64,000 nt of DNA from an uncultured Bdellovibrionales bacterium (lineage in GTDB: Bacteria; Patescibacteriota; Minisyncoccia; Moranbacterales; UBA1568). Position numbers and translations under genes: made by a program. Positions 1 to 8,314 of the stretch are shown here, in pieces (positions within the stretch are counted from its first letter, which is position 1; every line of letters starts with the position of its first letter). The notes beneath the pieces are model-generated. The model saw nothing but the letters and a program-made list of their open reading frames with translations. It was not told where the DNA came from and did no database searches. The DNA is taken from positions 205,056 through 269,055 of the forward strand of contig CAZCNN010000001.1 of the NCBI GenBank assembly GCA_964500505.1. Reading direction: 5' to 3'.

Positions 1-414
1 ATCCACCTCGGATGATTCATCCACTACATCCATTACTTCTTCCTCTGCTGGTACCATGAAATCCTCCGGATGAGTACAACTTTCTCCTTCAGGAACGCTC
101 TCATCCGAACAAAATTCTTCAGAGCACGACGCTATAGCTCCACAGTCTATTTCCGGGCATTCACCCAGATGGGGGTCACACAGTAAGACGTCACTCGCCT
201 GCACTGTCTGAATCTTATAGTACTCCGGTTCAGCATCAGGCTCACATTCTTCCAGACATGGTCGTTCGAAACAGACTTCTGACTGGGGATCACACTCCAC
301 TTCTGCTTTAAGCGTGTAATCTCGAAGTATATAAAATTTCGAAAAAAGAGCAATGGTAACAAAAGCCACAGAAATGAAGAAAATCCAAAATATCAGTTTT
401 GATTTTCTGTCCAT
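1..414 (-). CDS. Partial CDS (5' part inside the window, continues past the window start): membrane-anchored, acidic, cysteine-rich hypothetical protein
   Basis: Manual translation of the minus strand from the ATG at ~414 runs open to position 1: MDRKSKLIFWIFFISVAFVTIALFSKFYILRDY..ECDPQSEVCFERPCLEECEPD..CDPHLGECPEIDCG... It has an N-terminal hydrophobic anchor followed by a Cys/Glu/Asp-rich region. It is absent from the ORF track because it runs off the window edge. Confidence 0.45.
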   Translation of the reverse strand, partial: MDRKSKLIFWIFFISVAFVTIALFSKFYILRDYTLKAEVECDPQSEVCFERPCLEECEPDAEPEYYKIQTVQASDVLLCDPHLGECPEIDCGAIASCSEEFCSDESVPEGESCTHPEDFMVPAEEEVMDVVDESSEVD

Positions 415-539
415 ACAAACAAAAGATGGCGAATTAATTTCGTCTTTGCACCAAAATTGTACCACAAAATCGCCCCCAAACCAAGAAAAAAGGCGTTTCA
501 TGTGGTTACCACAGAAACGCCAGGGAGGCGGTACTTCGA

Positions 540-1967
540 TTACGACTTCGAGTAGCGCTGATAGACGGCGCAGACCTCGCCGGGACTCGGGTCACCAGTC
601 GACGGAACGGGTGCTCCGCCATCTACCCGTAAGCAGGCCCTGAAGCTGTGCCACTGCTTCTTCCATGCGGAGTTAGTCGGGATTCGCCAGCAGCCGTCGC
701 AGTCCATCTGATCCTCATCCGTGCTGCCAGGTGGCAACTCACGTGGTTCGATGGTGCCGTAGCCGATTACCTGATAGAGGCCACCCGTAGCGACAGGACT
801 ACTCACCTGATACACCACGCTGACATTTGCTCCGGGGGCAGCGGTGCCGTCATTCCGAATCCAGATGCGAGGCTTGGGGGCCGCGCCAGTATTCGTCGTA
901 CAGCAACCGACCTTGTCCTCGAAGCGTGTGATGACCAGCACAGGAGCCGGTCTTGGCGCTAGTGTCACCGTCAGACTCGTCGTATTGTTCGTCTCGTCTG
1001 TTTCGGTTTGAGCACCCTGATAGTCCACCGTGAACGTGAGAGTACAGGTACCAACCACGTTCGGCATGAGGACGGGCGTCTGGATTTCTTCCCAGGCACT
1101 AGCACCGGCAATCAGCGTTTCAGCGGTTGTACCATCGTCAGTCAGCATCGTCGTTGACCCCCCATTGCAGGAGACCGTGTACGAGCTACGGATGTCGGTC
1201 GTGGCATTGACCGTACCCGAGTTCGTGATCCAGGCACCGAGGCGGATATAGTCACCAGCATAAACGGGTGCTTGGAGCACCGTGAAGCCAGAAACCGTGA
1301 AGTCGACGTTCGGAACGTTCTCAACCTGGTTCGCCGTCACCTCGAACACCGCTTCAGTCGAGCAGTTATTGCTCTCGTGCTTCTCGCGATGATCGCCGCC
1401 GTTGTTGTGATCGTCTTGGGGATGGTCGATGCAGTAGACGATGTTGTAGATGCCTGGCGTGGTGATCCAGTCACTAATCTTGGTGTTCTTCGTCTCCGTG
1501 TTGGTATCCCCTGGCTTGAGGTTGTCACACTGAGTCGTCGTCGAATCGATGCGACGCCACGCATCACTGCCACTGTGGGCATCCTCCTTGTATCCCTTGG
1601 AGAGGTAGAAGTGGCCAGTGATGTCGCTGATCTCACCGCTCTTACAGGGCCCGTCACCGATATTGGCCGCCTGGGCCTTGGTGTCAAAGTTCTCGCCGAG
1701 GCCGAACTTGTACACCTCCGTCCCCCAGGGGGTTTGGAGCCAGACACGCTTGGTGACGAAATCGGGAGGATCAGGCAGGTCGTCAGTAGCCTCGGTTTCG
1801 GTACCGGGACCAACGCCGATAGTGATATCTTCGTCACAGTCTTCGGTAGACTGGACAGTCTTTCTCCCTTCTGTGGCAACCACCGTAGATTCGTCTTGTC
1901 CTCCCCCACAACTAAGGAGGAGGATACTGAGGAGGATGGTTGTAGCCATCCGGAACAGTTTCTTCAC
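540..1967 (-). CDS. Secreted lipoprotein with a Thr/Gly/Asn-rich, probably beta-rich, surface domain; function unknown
   Basis: N-terminus MKKLFRMATTILLSILLLSCGGGQ has a signal peptide and lipobox LLSC. The rest is Thr/Gly/Asp-rich. It sits in a cluster of exported proteins. Confidence 0.65.
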   Translation of the reverse strand: MKKLFRMATTILLSILLLSCGGGQDESTVVATEGRKTVQSTEDCDEDITIGVGPGTETEATDDLPDPPDFVTKRVWLQTPWGTEVYKFGLGENFDTKAQAANIGDGPCKSGEISDITGHFYLSKGYKEDAHSGSDAWRRIDSTTTQCDNLKPGDTNTETKNTKISDWITTPGIYNIVYCIDHPQDDHNNGGDHREKHESNNCSTEAVFEVTANQVENVPNVDFTVSGFTVLQAPVYAGDYIRLGAWITNSGTVNATTDIRSSYTVSCNGGSTTMLTDDGTTAETLIAGASAWEEIQTPVLMPNVVGTCTLTFTVDYQGAQTETDETNNTTSLTVTLAPRPAPVLVITRFEDKVGCCTTNTGAAPKPRIWIRNDGTAAPGANVSVVYQVSSPVATGGLYQVIGYGTIEPRELPPGSTDEDQMDCDGCWRIPTNSAWKKQWHSFRACLRVDGGAPVPSTGDPSPGEVCAVYQRYSKS

Positions 1968-1987
1968 GATGAGACTCCTTCATCCGG

Positions 1988-2704
1988 TTAGTTGGCAAAG
2001 CAGGCTTGAGGGCAGGCGGACTTGGTTGTGTATCCAGAAAATGCCTTTTGGCCATTTTCCGAACCAAGAATAAACCACTGAGTGGCATCTTGACACAGAT
2101 TCGTCCGTGGATACCAGCCCATGTAGATACTCTTGGGACTCTTGATCTTGCACGGTTTTTCAAGTGCCGTTTCGCAGGTAGGGCGGAGCCAGCCAGTCAC
2201 GGGATAATTCGTACCAAATGCACCTAACGAATACTGACCAGCGGCATTCCTAGAAAGCGAGATACAGAAATTGACATCGTTATTGTTTCCATCCTTACTG
2301 TTATAGAAGTTTTGCTGGGCTACGCAGACTTGACTATCACTCACAGAACGAATAACAGCGACGTGTCCGTGTGTACCCCCGTCAGAAACGAGCACATCCC
2401 CAGCTTGGGGTTGAACTGTAGATTGACCACCCGGATAGTATGCAAGGCCGAGTTTCTTTGCGTTAGTGGCGTAATTCTTCGCATCACCCACTGCTGGCAG
2501 TGCAATTCCGAAGAACTCCTGGTAGTAACGTTTTACAAACTCAACACACTGGTAAATCCCGTCTTCGAGCCTTCCAGAGTTTGAGTAAATTGTAACGCCG
2601 TTATAGTCACCCAGTACAGAACCATATGGCTCTTCAGTAGCGAATATGTTTCCGGCAAACATACAGCCAACTGCGAAAACAACAATAGACGTCTTGCGGG
2701 ACAT
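1988..2704 (-). CDS. Secreted CHAP-domain peptidoglycan amidase/endopeptidase
   Basis: It has a signal peptide (MSRKTSIVVFAVGCMFAGNIFA). QCVEFVKRYY carries the candidate nucleophile Cys, and GHVAVI later in the protein carries the His, matching the CHAP Cys...His arrangement. Confidence 0.65.
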   Translation of the reverse strand: MSRKTSIVVFAVGCMFAGNIFATEEPYGSVLGDYNGVTIYSNSGRLEDGIYQCVEFVKRYYQEFFGIALPAVGDAKNYATNAKKLGLAYYPGGQSTVQPQAGDVLVSDGGTHGHVAVIRSVSDSQVCVAQQNFYNSKDGNNNDVNFCISLSRNAAGQYSLGAFGTNYPVTGWLRPTCETALEKPCKIKSPKSIYMGWYPRTNLCQDATQWFILGSENGQKAFSGYTTKSACPQACFAN

Positions 2705-2807
2705 GTGAAAACTCCTAAATTGTCAAAGGGCAGAACGGGCTAGTGCCCACCTACGAACCCCAAAAAAATTTAGAATCCGTATAGTAAGCAAAAGCCAGAA
2801 AAAAAGA

Positions 2808-3473
2808 TTAGCGAACTAGTCCAAATGACTCTATCATTTTCTCATAAGTGCTCAAAGTATCACTTTGAATCTGGGTACCATTCGGATCGTACGTATATGC
2901 TAAAAGAAACATTTCGTTCCCTTTCTTCAAAAGAATAGTAACGACTTTTACACCAACTGGGTGATCTGTATTAGTTCTCTCAATCTTATATGCCATTTCA
3001 CCATTAATTTCAGGAAAACTTCTCTTTTCGTCTCCCTCAACATGACCGTATTTAAACTGATCATAAGAAATATTCGGATCAATCCTAAAAACTACTAAGC
3101 TTAGTTGTTTAATATCAAGAGGTCTATTGCCTAAATTAAAATTGTAAGCATCAGAATAGTTCGAAAATAGGGTATCGCCCCCCATAAGCTCTGCGTCTTC
3201 TTTCGGCCCACGCTGGGAAAAATCTTGATTTGCAAAACGGTCATCAACATACCACCCTTTTGGATACCGCATTGAATATCCGTACTTCTCATTCCGGTAC
3301 GTCTTCCAATCAGACGTATCGACATTATTCGTATCTGTATTTTCAGCGGTTTTCACTTCTTCTTTCAAACTATTCTTAGGCACTTCTTGATTCATTTTCT
3401 TGTTCCACACAAAAACTCCCCCAGCAACAATAATGAGTACAATGAGCACTAAGAGAACAAATTTTTTCTGCAT
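2808..3473 (-). CDS. Membrane-anchored hypothetical protein
   Basis: It has an N-terminal TM helix (FVLLVLIVLIIVAGGVFVW) followed by a soluble Tyr/Asp/Asn-rich domain. No motif recognised. Confidence 0.55.
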   Translation of the reverse strand: MQKKFVLLVLIVLIIVAGGVFVWNKKMNQEVPKNSLKEEVKTAENTDTNNVDTSDWKTYRNEKYGYSMRYPKGWYVDDRFANQDFSQRGPKEDAELMGGDTLFSNYSDAYNFNLGNRPLDIKQLSLVVFRIDPNISYDQFKYGHVEGDEKRSFPEINGEMAYKIERTNTDHPVGVKVVTILLKKGNEMFLLAYTYDPNGTQIQSDTLSTYEKMIESFGLVR

Positions 3474-3533
3474 AAGTAAATAAAAAGTTGATTGCTCTGA
3501 CTATATGATGAACGCTGGCGACTGTCAATGGCA

Positions 3534-3560
3534 AAAAAGGGCCCGGAGGCCCTCTTTTCT
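3534..3560 (-). terminator. Intrinsic terminator downstream of the DsbA-like gene
   Basis: On the minus strand the hairpin GGGCC-UCCG-GGCCC is followed by a U6 run. It lies about 20 nt past the stop codon of the 3582..4223 gene. Confidence 0.5.
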
Positions 3561-3581
3561 ATTGCTCTGCTTCCGTGAAAT

Positions 3582-4223
3582 CTATTCGACTTGGTCCTGG
3601 ACTGATTTCTTGAGCGCCTCAAAGCTCTTTGGGTTTTCCATCTTCTGGCCATTCAAGAAAAACGTCGGGGTGCCGGTAATTTTCAGTTCATTGCCAGTGT
3701 CACGATCGCGATTGATCTTGTCATCGAGCGATGCATCCGCCATATCTTGATTGAACCGCTCCATATCGAGACCGATACGACCAGCATAGGCAGGAAAAAT
3801 ACTCTTCATCGGGTCAGCAGCATTTGACCATTCTTTTTGGTTGGCAAAAAGGAGGTCATACATCTCCCAGAATTTGCCCTGTCGTCCAGCGGCCTCAGCG
3901 ACCCGAGCAGCGGGGAGGGCATTGTCATGGATCTGAATGAGTGGATAGTGACGGATGACCACGCGGAGATTGTCGCCCATTTCCTTGCTCAGCTGTTCGA
4001 TAATCGGATAGTAAGCACCGCAAGCCGGGCACTGAAAGTCAGTGTACTCAACGAGCGTCACCGGAGCATCACTCTTGCCTTTGACCCAGTCCGAGTCAGT
4101 GACATCGATAGCAGAGCCGCTGGTCCCGCCCGTTTCTGCTGGAGTACCAAAGCCGACCTTCCATATGCCCCACACGACGAGTACCAGTACCGCGACTGCG
4201 CCCAATTTCATGAGTCCACCCAT
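3582..4223 (-). CDS. DsbA-like thiol:disulfide oxidoreductase (thioredoxin fold), membrane-anchored or exported
   Basis: It has a CPAC active-site motif in DFQCPACGAYYP and an N-terminal hydrophobic segment. It follows the DsbA-family layout. Confidence 0.8.
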   Translation of the reverse strand: MGGLMKLGAVAVLVLVVWGIWKVGFGTPAETGGTSGSAIDVTDSDWVKGKSDAPVTLVEYTDFQCPACGAYYPIIEQLSKEMGDNLRVVIRHYPLIQIHDNALPAARVAEAAGRQGKFWEMYDLLFANQKEWSNAADPMKSIFPAYAGRIGLDMERFNQDMADASLDDKINRDRDTGNELKITGTPTFFLNGQKMENPKSFEALKKSVQDQVE

Positions 4224-4255
4224 AGTGACAGAATAAAGTGAGGATTACTCCCCTA

Positions 4256-5437
4256 TCATACCGTTTTTGACTTTCCTTTGGCAAGCATGGCCCAGAGCTC
4301 ACGCGTCCGGTCGGCCGTCTCCCGCCAAGTAAACCGCCCTGCCTGGATCCTCCCCTCTCGGGCGAGCGAGGCGAGGAGTCCCGAGTGACCGAGTGTCTCA
4401 CGGAGCGCACGGTAAAGCTCGTCAGGCTGGTAGGGATCGATCATGATACCCGCTTTCCCGACGACGGCTGGGAGCGAGGAGGTGTGTGAAACAATCACCG
4501 GTACCCCCGAGGCCATGGCCTCAAGTGGCGGGAACCCAAATCCTTCGTAGAGTGACGGATAGACAAATACCGTCGCCAGATTGTAGAGCGCCACTTTGTC
4601 CTCATCAGCGATAAAGCCTGGGAGGTGAATCCGATCCCGGACAGGCGACTCCGCGAGCGCCGTCATGATATCATCACACTTCCACCCCGGAGTCCCGGCA
4701 AGCACGAGATCATACTTGGCGCTGTCTGGACCACCAGACGCGATGAGTGCCTCATACGCCTCGATGAGCGAGCGGATATTTTTGCGTGGTTCAAACGTCC
4801 CCAAGAACAAGATAAAGCGATATGGGAGATGATACGTCTCTTTGACCCGGATGAGGTCAGCGTGGTTCCGATCCATCGGGTGGAATCGGGCGTCGACTCC
4901 ACTCGGAATGACGACGATACGCTCAGGCGGTATACCGTACTCGGTGACGAGGTCGGCCTGCGTGGAGTGAGAGACGGCGATCACCCGGTCCGCCTCGCGA
5001 GCCAAACGACGGAAGTCAATGAGGTAGTGCCAGAGGCGTTGCTTCCACGAAAAAGTCTCGGGGAAAAGTTCAAACGAGAGGTCGTGCGCCGTTACCACGA
5101 GCCGGCACTCTTTCGACACCGAAGCAAAATTGAGGTTGGGAAGGAAAAAGACATCCACACCCCCGATGAGTCGGTCGAGCTTGGGATAGCGGAGGTACCA
5201 CAGAGCCAGATTGAGGAGCTTGTTCGGAAAATGAAAGACCCGGAGCGTCACCCGTGGATACGCCGAGAGCCACGAAAAATCTGGAGTGGTTTTGCGCCAG
5301 GCGTTGAAAAACAAGATGTATTCGTTATCGTCATCATGGAGAAAGAGCTCCTTGAGAAGCCCTAGAGTATACTCCTCTACTCCTGTCCGCTTCCCTTCGG
5401 CCAGACAGCGGATATCGATTCCTATGCGCATACGCAA
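4256..5437 (-). CDS. Glycosyltransferase family 4 (GT-B fold)
   Basis: It has the C-terminal GT4 signature [25 protein letters not shown], with E-x7-E-like spacing. Confidence 0.85.
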   Translation of the reverse strand: MRMRIGIDIRCLAEGKRTGVEEYTLGLLKELFLHDDDNEYILFFNAWRKTTPDFSWLSAYPRVTLRVFHFPNKLLNLALWYLRYPKLDRLIGGVDVFFLPNLNFASVSKECRLVVTAHDLSFELFPETFSWKQRLWHYLIDFRRLAREADRVIAVSHSTQADLVTEYGIPPERIVVIPSGVDARFHPMDRNHADLIRVKETYHLPYRFILFLGTFEPRKNIRSLIEAYEALIASGGPDSAKYDLVLAGTPGWKCDDIMTALAESPVRDRIHLPGFIADEDKVALYNLATVFVYPSLYEGFGFPPLEAMASGVPVIVSHTSSLPAVVGKAGIMIDPYQPDELYRALRETLGHSGLLASLAREGRIQAGRFTWRETADRTRELWAMLAKGKSKTV

Positions 5438-5487
5438 ACTATCAGTAAATCAGTCTTTCTTTCGTTCATTCATTCTTCCAGCTGGTG

Positions 5488-6105
5488 TTACTTCGCCAAG
5501 TAGTGTCTGATGAGCACGATCCAAAATCCAAAGAAAAGACCAAGGGCGAGACCGACCCCGAGCGCTAGCTCGAGACTGACTTGGGCTTCTCTCACCACAG
5601 GATCACTCCCAATGACCACGAACCAGCTCTTCTCTCGCTCTTCGGTATTGAGCGTATCCGTATAACGATTGAGGACCGTAACCGCAGCAACGGAGAGTTG
5701 CTCCAGTGTCTTTTTATTGTCCCCGCCATACTTGACCGTGATCATTTGAGAGGACAGGCGTCCAGCCGAGAAGACTGACCCAAGGGCCTTGGCATCGAGA
5801 CTCTCAGGATTGAGACGGGCCTCACGATAGATATCCTCGACCACACGGGGTGAGGCGAGCCAGCGGACGACTGTATCTGCGAACCGCTCGTCAGCCTGGA
5901 GTCGATAAAAGCTATCGTAGGTATAATCAGTCGTCTCACTCACGCCGGCCCGACCGATATTGAGGAGGAGGGTCGCCTGGTAGTTCACACTCTGCTCCTT
6001 CTGCCACAGCCAAGCGGTAAACACAAAAAATAACGTGATTCCAATATATAGCGTCCTCTCCTTCTTAAAAATTTGAATAATCTCTTTCAGTTCCATAATT
6101 TTCAA
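5488..6105 (-). CDS. Wzz/CapA-like polysaccharide chain-length-determinant-type membrane protein (short form); the track start is TTG and an in-frame ATG lies 3 codons in
   Basis: It has an N-terminal TM, a soluble domain and a C-terminal TM (LALGVGLALGLFFGFWIVLI). It lies between two GT4 genes. Confidence 0.5.
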   Translation of the reverse strand: MKIMELKEIIQIFKKERTLYIGITLFFVFTAWLWQKEQSVNYQATLLLNIGRAGVSETTDYTYDSFYRLQADERFADTVVRWLASPRVVEDIYREARLNPESLDAKALGSVFSAGRLSSQMITVKYGGDNKKTLEQLSVAAVTVLNRYTDTLNTEEREKSWFVVIGSDPVVREAQVSLELALGVGLALGLFFGFWIVLIRHYLAK

Positions 6106-6189
6106 TAGTCAATTTTCAATTTCTAAACAATTTTCAATGCATCAATTTATGAAATTTCAAAATTGAAGAATTAGGTTATTGTTTGAAAA
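6106..6189. repeat. AT-rich intergenic region built from TTTTCAAT/AGAAATT repeats in an imperfect palindrome; it shares a 16-mer with 60397-60412
   Basis: The sequence aattttcaatttctaa occurs at ~6111-6126 and again at ~60397-60412. TTTTCAAT occurs three times here. The inverted copy gaaaattagaaattagaaatt lies at the 3' side and overlaps the end of the next CDS. Confidence 0.4.
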
Positions 6190-7311
6190 TTAGAAATTAG
6201 AAATTTTTCTCTTGAGGTGCTCCTTGAGCGCATTCTCTACATAGTCCTGTATTGTAGCCTTAAACCGCTCCTTGTCAAAACGGAGAGCTTTGGACCGGAT
6301 ATACTCAGGGTCAAATTGAGCTTCATCAAAGCTCTCTACGGCCGTCACAATGGCCTCGGCAGTCTGAGTGTTAAAGTAGACCCCCATCTTGCCCTCCTCC
6401 ATATGCTCGACGATGTCGCCACCTCGATAGGCAATGAGCGGTCGCCCCGAAGCCATAGCCTCGATCGCCACGATACCGAAATCCTCTTCCTGAGGAAACA
6501 CAAAGCCTCGACACTCGGCGTAGTAGTGCGGGAGGTCTTCTTCTGGTACCCGACCGAGGAACTCGATAGTCGGGCCAGCGAGCTTCTGGAGGCGCTTCAT
6601 CTCGGGCCCACGACCGATAATCTTGAGCGGGAGCTTGAGTCGATTGAACGCCTCGATGGCAATATCGTGCCGCTTGTAGGCAATGAGTCGTCCCACCATG
6701 AGGAAATAACCCTTCCTATCCCCCGGTTTGGCGACGTAGAAATTCTCCACATTGACGGGCGGATGGATGACGAGGGCGTCCTTGCGATAGTATTTGGCGA
6801 TGCGCTTCTTTACGAACTGCGAGTTCGCAAGGTAACGATCAACCCGGTCAGCACTGGCCTTGTCCCAGAGTCGAATTGGGCTCATGAAAAATGGCACCAG
6901 TTTTTTGATAATATTGGGAAAGCCAAAGTCCTGCGTATACTTCTGACAGTCATCCCAGGCATAGCGCATCGGGGTGTGCATATAGCAGATATGGAGGGTC
7001 TCCGGCCGAGTGATGATGCCCTTGGCATAGCTCGATGAATCAGAGAGGACGATATCGTACTGACTAAAGTCGAACTCCTCAATGGCGAGTGGCATGAGGG
7101 GTGGGAAAAAACGATGACGTTTGCGGGAAAACGGCAAATCCTGAAGAAACGAGGTATAGATGCGCTTATCAGCAAACTGCCCGCGCATGGCCTCCTTATC
7201 ATGAATGAGGGTGTATATCGGTGCATAGGGAAACAGCTCAGTAAAAGCCTGGAGCACCCGCTCCGCTCCCCCGTACTGCACCAAATAATCATGGACCAAT
7301 GCGATTTTCAT
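6190..7311 (-). CDS. Glycosyltransferase family 4
   Basis: The N-terminus MKIALVHDYLVQYGGAERV is typical of GT4. The GT4 C-terminal acceptor-binding region is present (FVFPQEEDFGIVAIEAMASGRPLIA). Confidence 0.85.
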   Translation of the reverse strand: MKIALVHDYLVQYGGAERVLQAFTELFPYAPIYTLIHDKEAMRGQFADKRIYTSFLQDLPFSRKRHRFFPPLMPLAIEEFDFSQYDIVLSDSSSYAKGIITRPETLHICYMHTPMRYAWDDCQKYTQDFGFPNIIKKLVPFFMSPIRLWDKASADRVDRYLANSQFVKKRIAKYYRKDALVIHPPVNVENFYVAKPGDRKGYFLMVGRLIAYKRHDIAIEAFNRLKLPLKIIGRGPEMKRLQKLAGPTIEFLGRVPEEDLPHYYAECRGFVFPQEEDFGIVAIEAMASGRPLIAYRGGDIVEHMEEGKMGVYFNTQTAEAIVTAVESFDEAQFDPEYIRSKALRFDKERFKATIQDYVENALKEHLKRKISNF

Positions 7312-7327
7312 ATATCCTTACTGTACC

Positions 7328-8296
7328 TTAGGCACGTTCTTTCTCCAACACCCGACCTTTCAGAATACCCAACCGTTCCCAGATGATGTCCCAGACGGAT
7401 TTGGTGCACTGGGCGAGGAGCATCGCCTGATCCTCAGAGCTCAAGACGAGTGGGTCAAGGGGTTGATCCTCCATCAGGTGATACATGACCGAGGTCGGCA
7501 TGGTCCCATGTCCGAGGCCGAGCGCGTGACCAAACTCGTGAGTCAAAACCGCGCGTAAATGTGACAAGTCGTCATACTGATAGATATTGATCTCGGTCCC
7601 TACATAGTCACCCTGATCAAATTCCCCCGGCTCTCCGTAGCGGTCGGTATACTCTTCAACCTGACTATTATACTCTTCAACCACTGCTACCTGCTTCTTG
7701 GAAAAGGCATTGACCTCACTTGCGAGGCGATTTACCTCTAGACGCTTAGCCTCGAGCGCCTTTTGCTCTTTTTCCAAAGCTTTGGCCACCTTCTGTAAGT
7801 CCTCATACTCCTCCGGTGGGGCTCCCCCTACCTTGTTCCACTTAATCACGTCAGCATTGTAAGCATCGAGTTGCTTCTTGAAAGAGGCGAGCATGCGCTC
7901 ATACTCACGTCCGGCCTGCTCATACAGTGCCAGTGTCTTACTTTGTTTCTGCTCCAACGTCTCCTGAATGCCCTGTGTCTTCTCAAGTGTCGCCTCAAGC
8001 TTCTGCCCTTCGATCGTCTGCTCCTGACGCGTATCAAAAATGAGGTTCACCTTGAATTGAGCACCAGGCACATACCGAAACAATTCCCGACCGAGCGTCT
8101 GTTCCCAGAGTCCTTCTGCCACAGTTGCTTCCGCCAAGAACTCCGCCTGACTGATACCAAAGCGCTCATCAAAAACACCAAGTGAATACTCGATTGGCCG
8201 CTCACACGGTAGTGGCACCGATCGCCACACCAAAGCTGTTCCGCCAACCAAAGCAGCTAAAAAAGCAAACTGTAAGAAATATTTTGATAAATGCAT
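7328..8296 (-). CDS. Secreted zinc metalloprotease, metzincin/matrixin-like, with a central coiled-coil region
   Basis: It has a signal peptide. HEFGHALGLGHGTMPTSVMY matches HExxHxxGxxH followed by a Met-turn. It has a long Glu/Lys/Gln-rich coiled-coil segment. Confidence 0.75.
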   Translation of the reverse strand: MHLSKYFLQFAFLAALVGGTALVWRSVPLPCERPIEYSLGVFDERFGISQAEFLAEATVAEGLWEQTLGRELFRYVPGAQFKVNLIFDTRQEQTIEGQKLEATLEKTQGIQETLEQKQSKTLALYEQAGREYERMLASFKKQLDAYNADVIKWNKVGGAPPEEYEDLQKVAKALEKEQKALEAKRLEVNRLASEVNAFSKKQVAVVEEYNSQVEEYTDRYGEPGEFDQGDYVGTEINIYQYDDLSHLRAVLTHEFGHALGLGHGTMPTSVMYHLMEDQPLDPLVLSSEDQAMLLAQCTKSVWDIIWERLGILKGRVLEKERA

Positions 8297-8314
8297 AACG
8301 ATCCGCTACCTGTA

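Noticed and set aside
147-643. Track ORFs 147-362 (-) and 353-643 (+) near the window start
   Set aside because: The region is better explained by the partial Cys-rich minus-strand gene running from ~414 to the window edge in another frame. The 96-aa plus-strand ORF overlaps the lipoprotein gene's 3' end and is Arg/Ser-rich noise.
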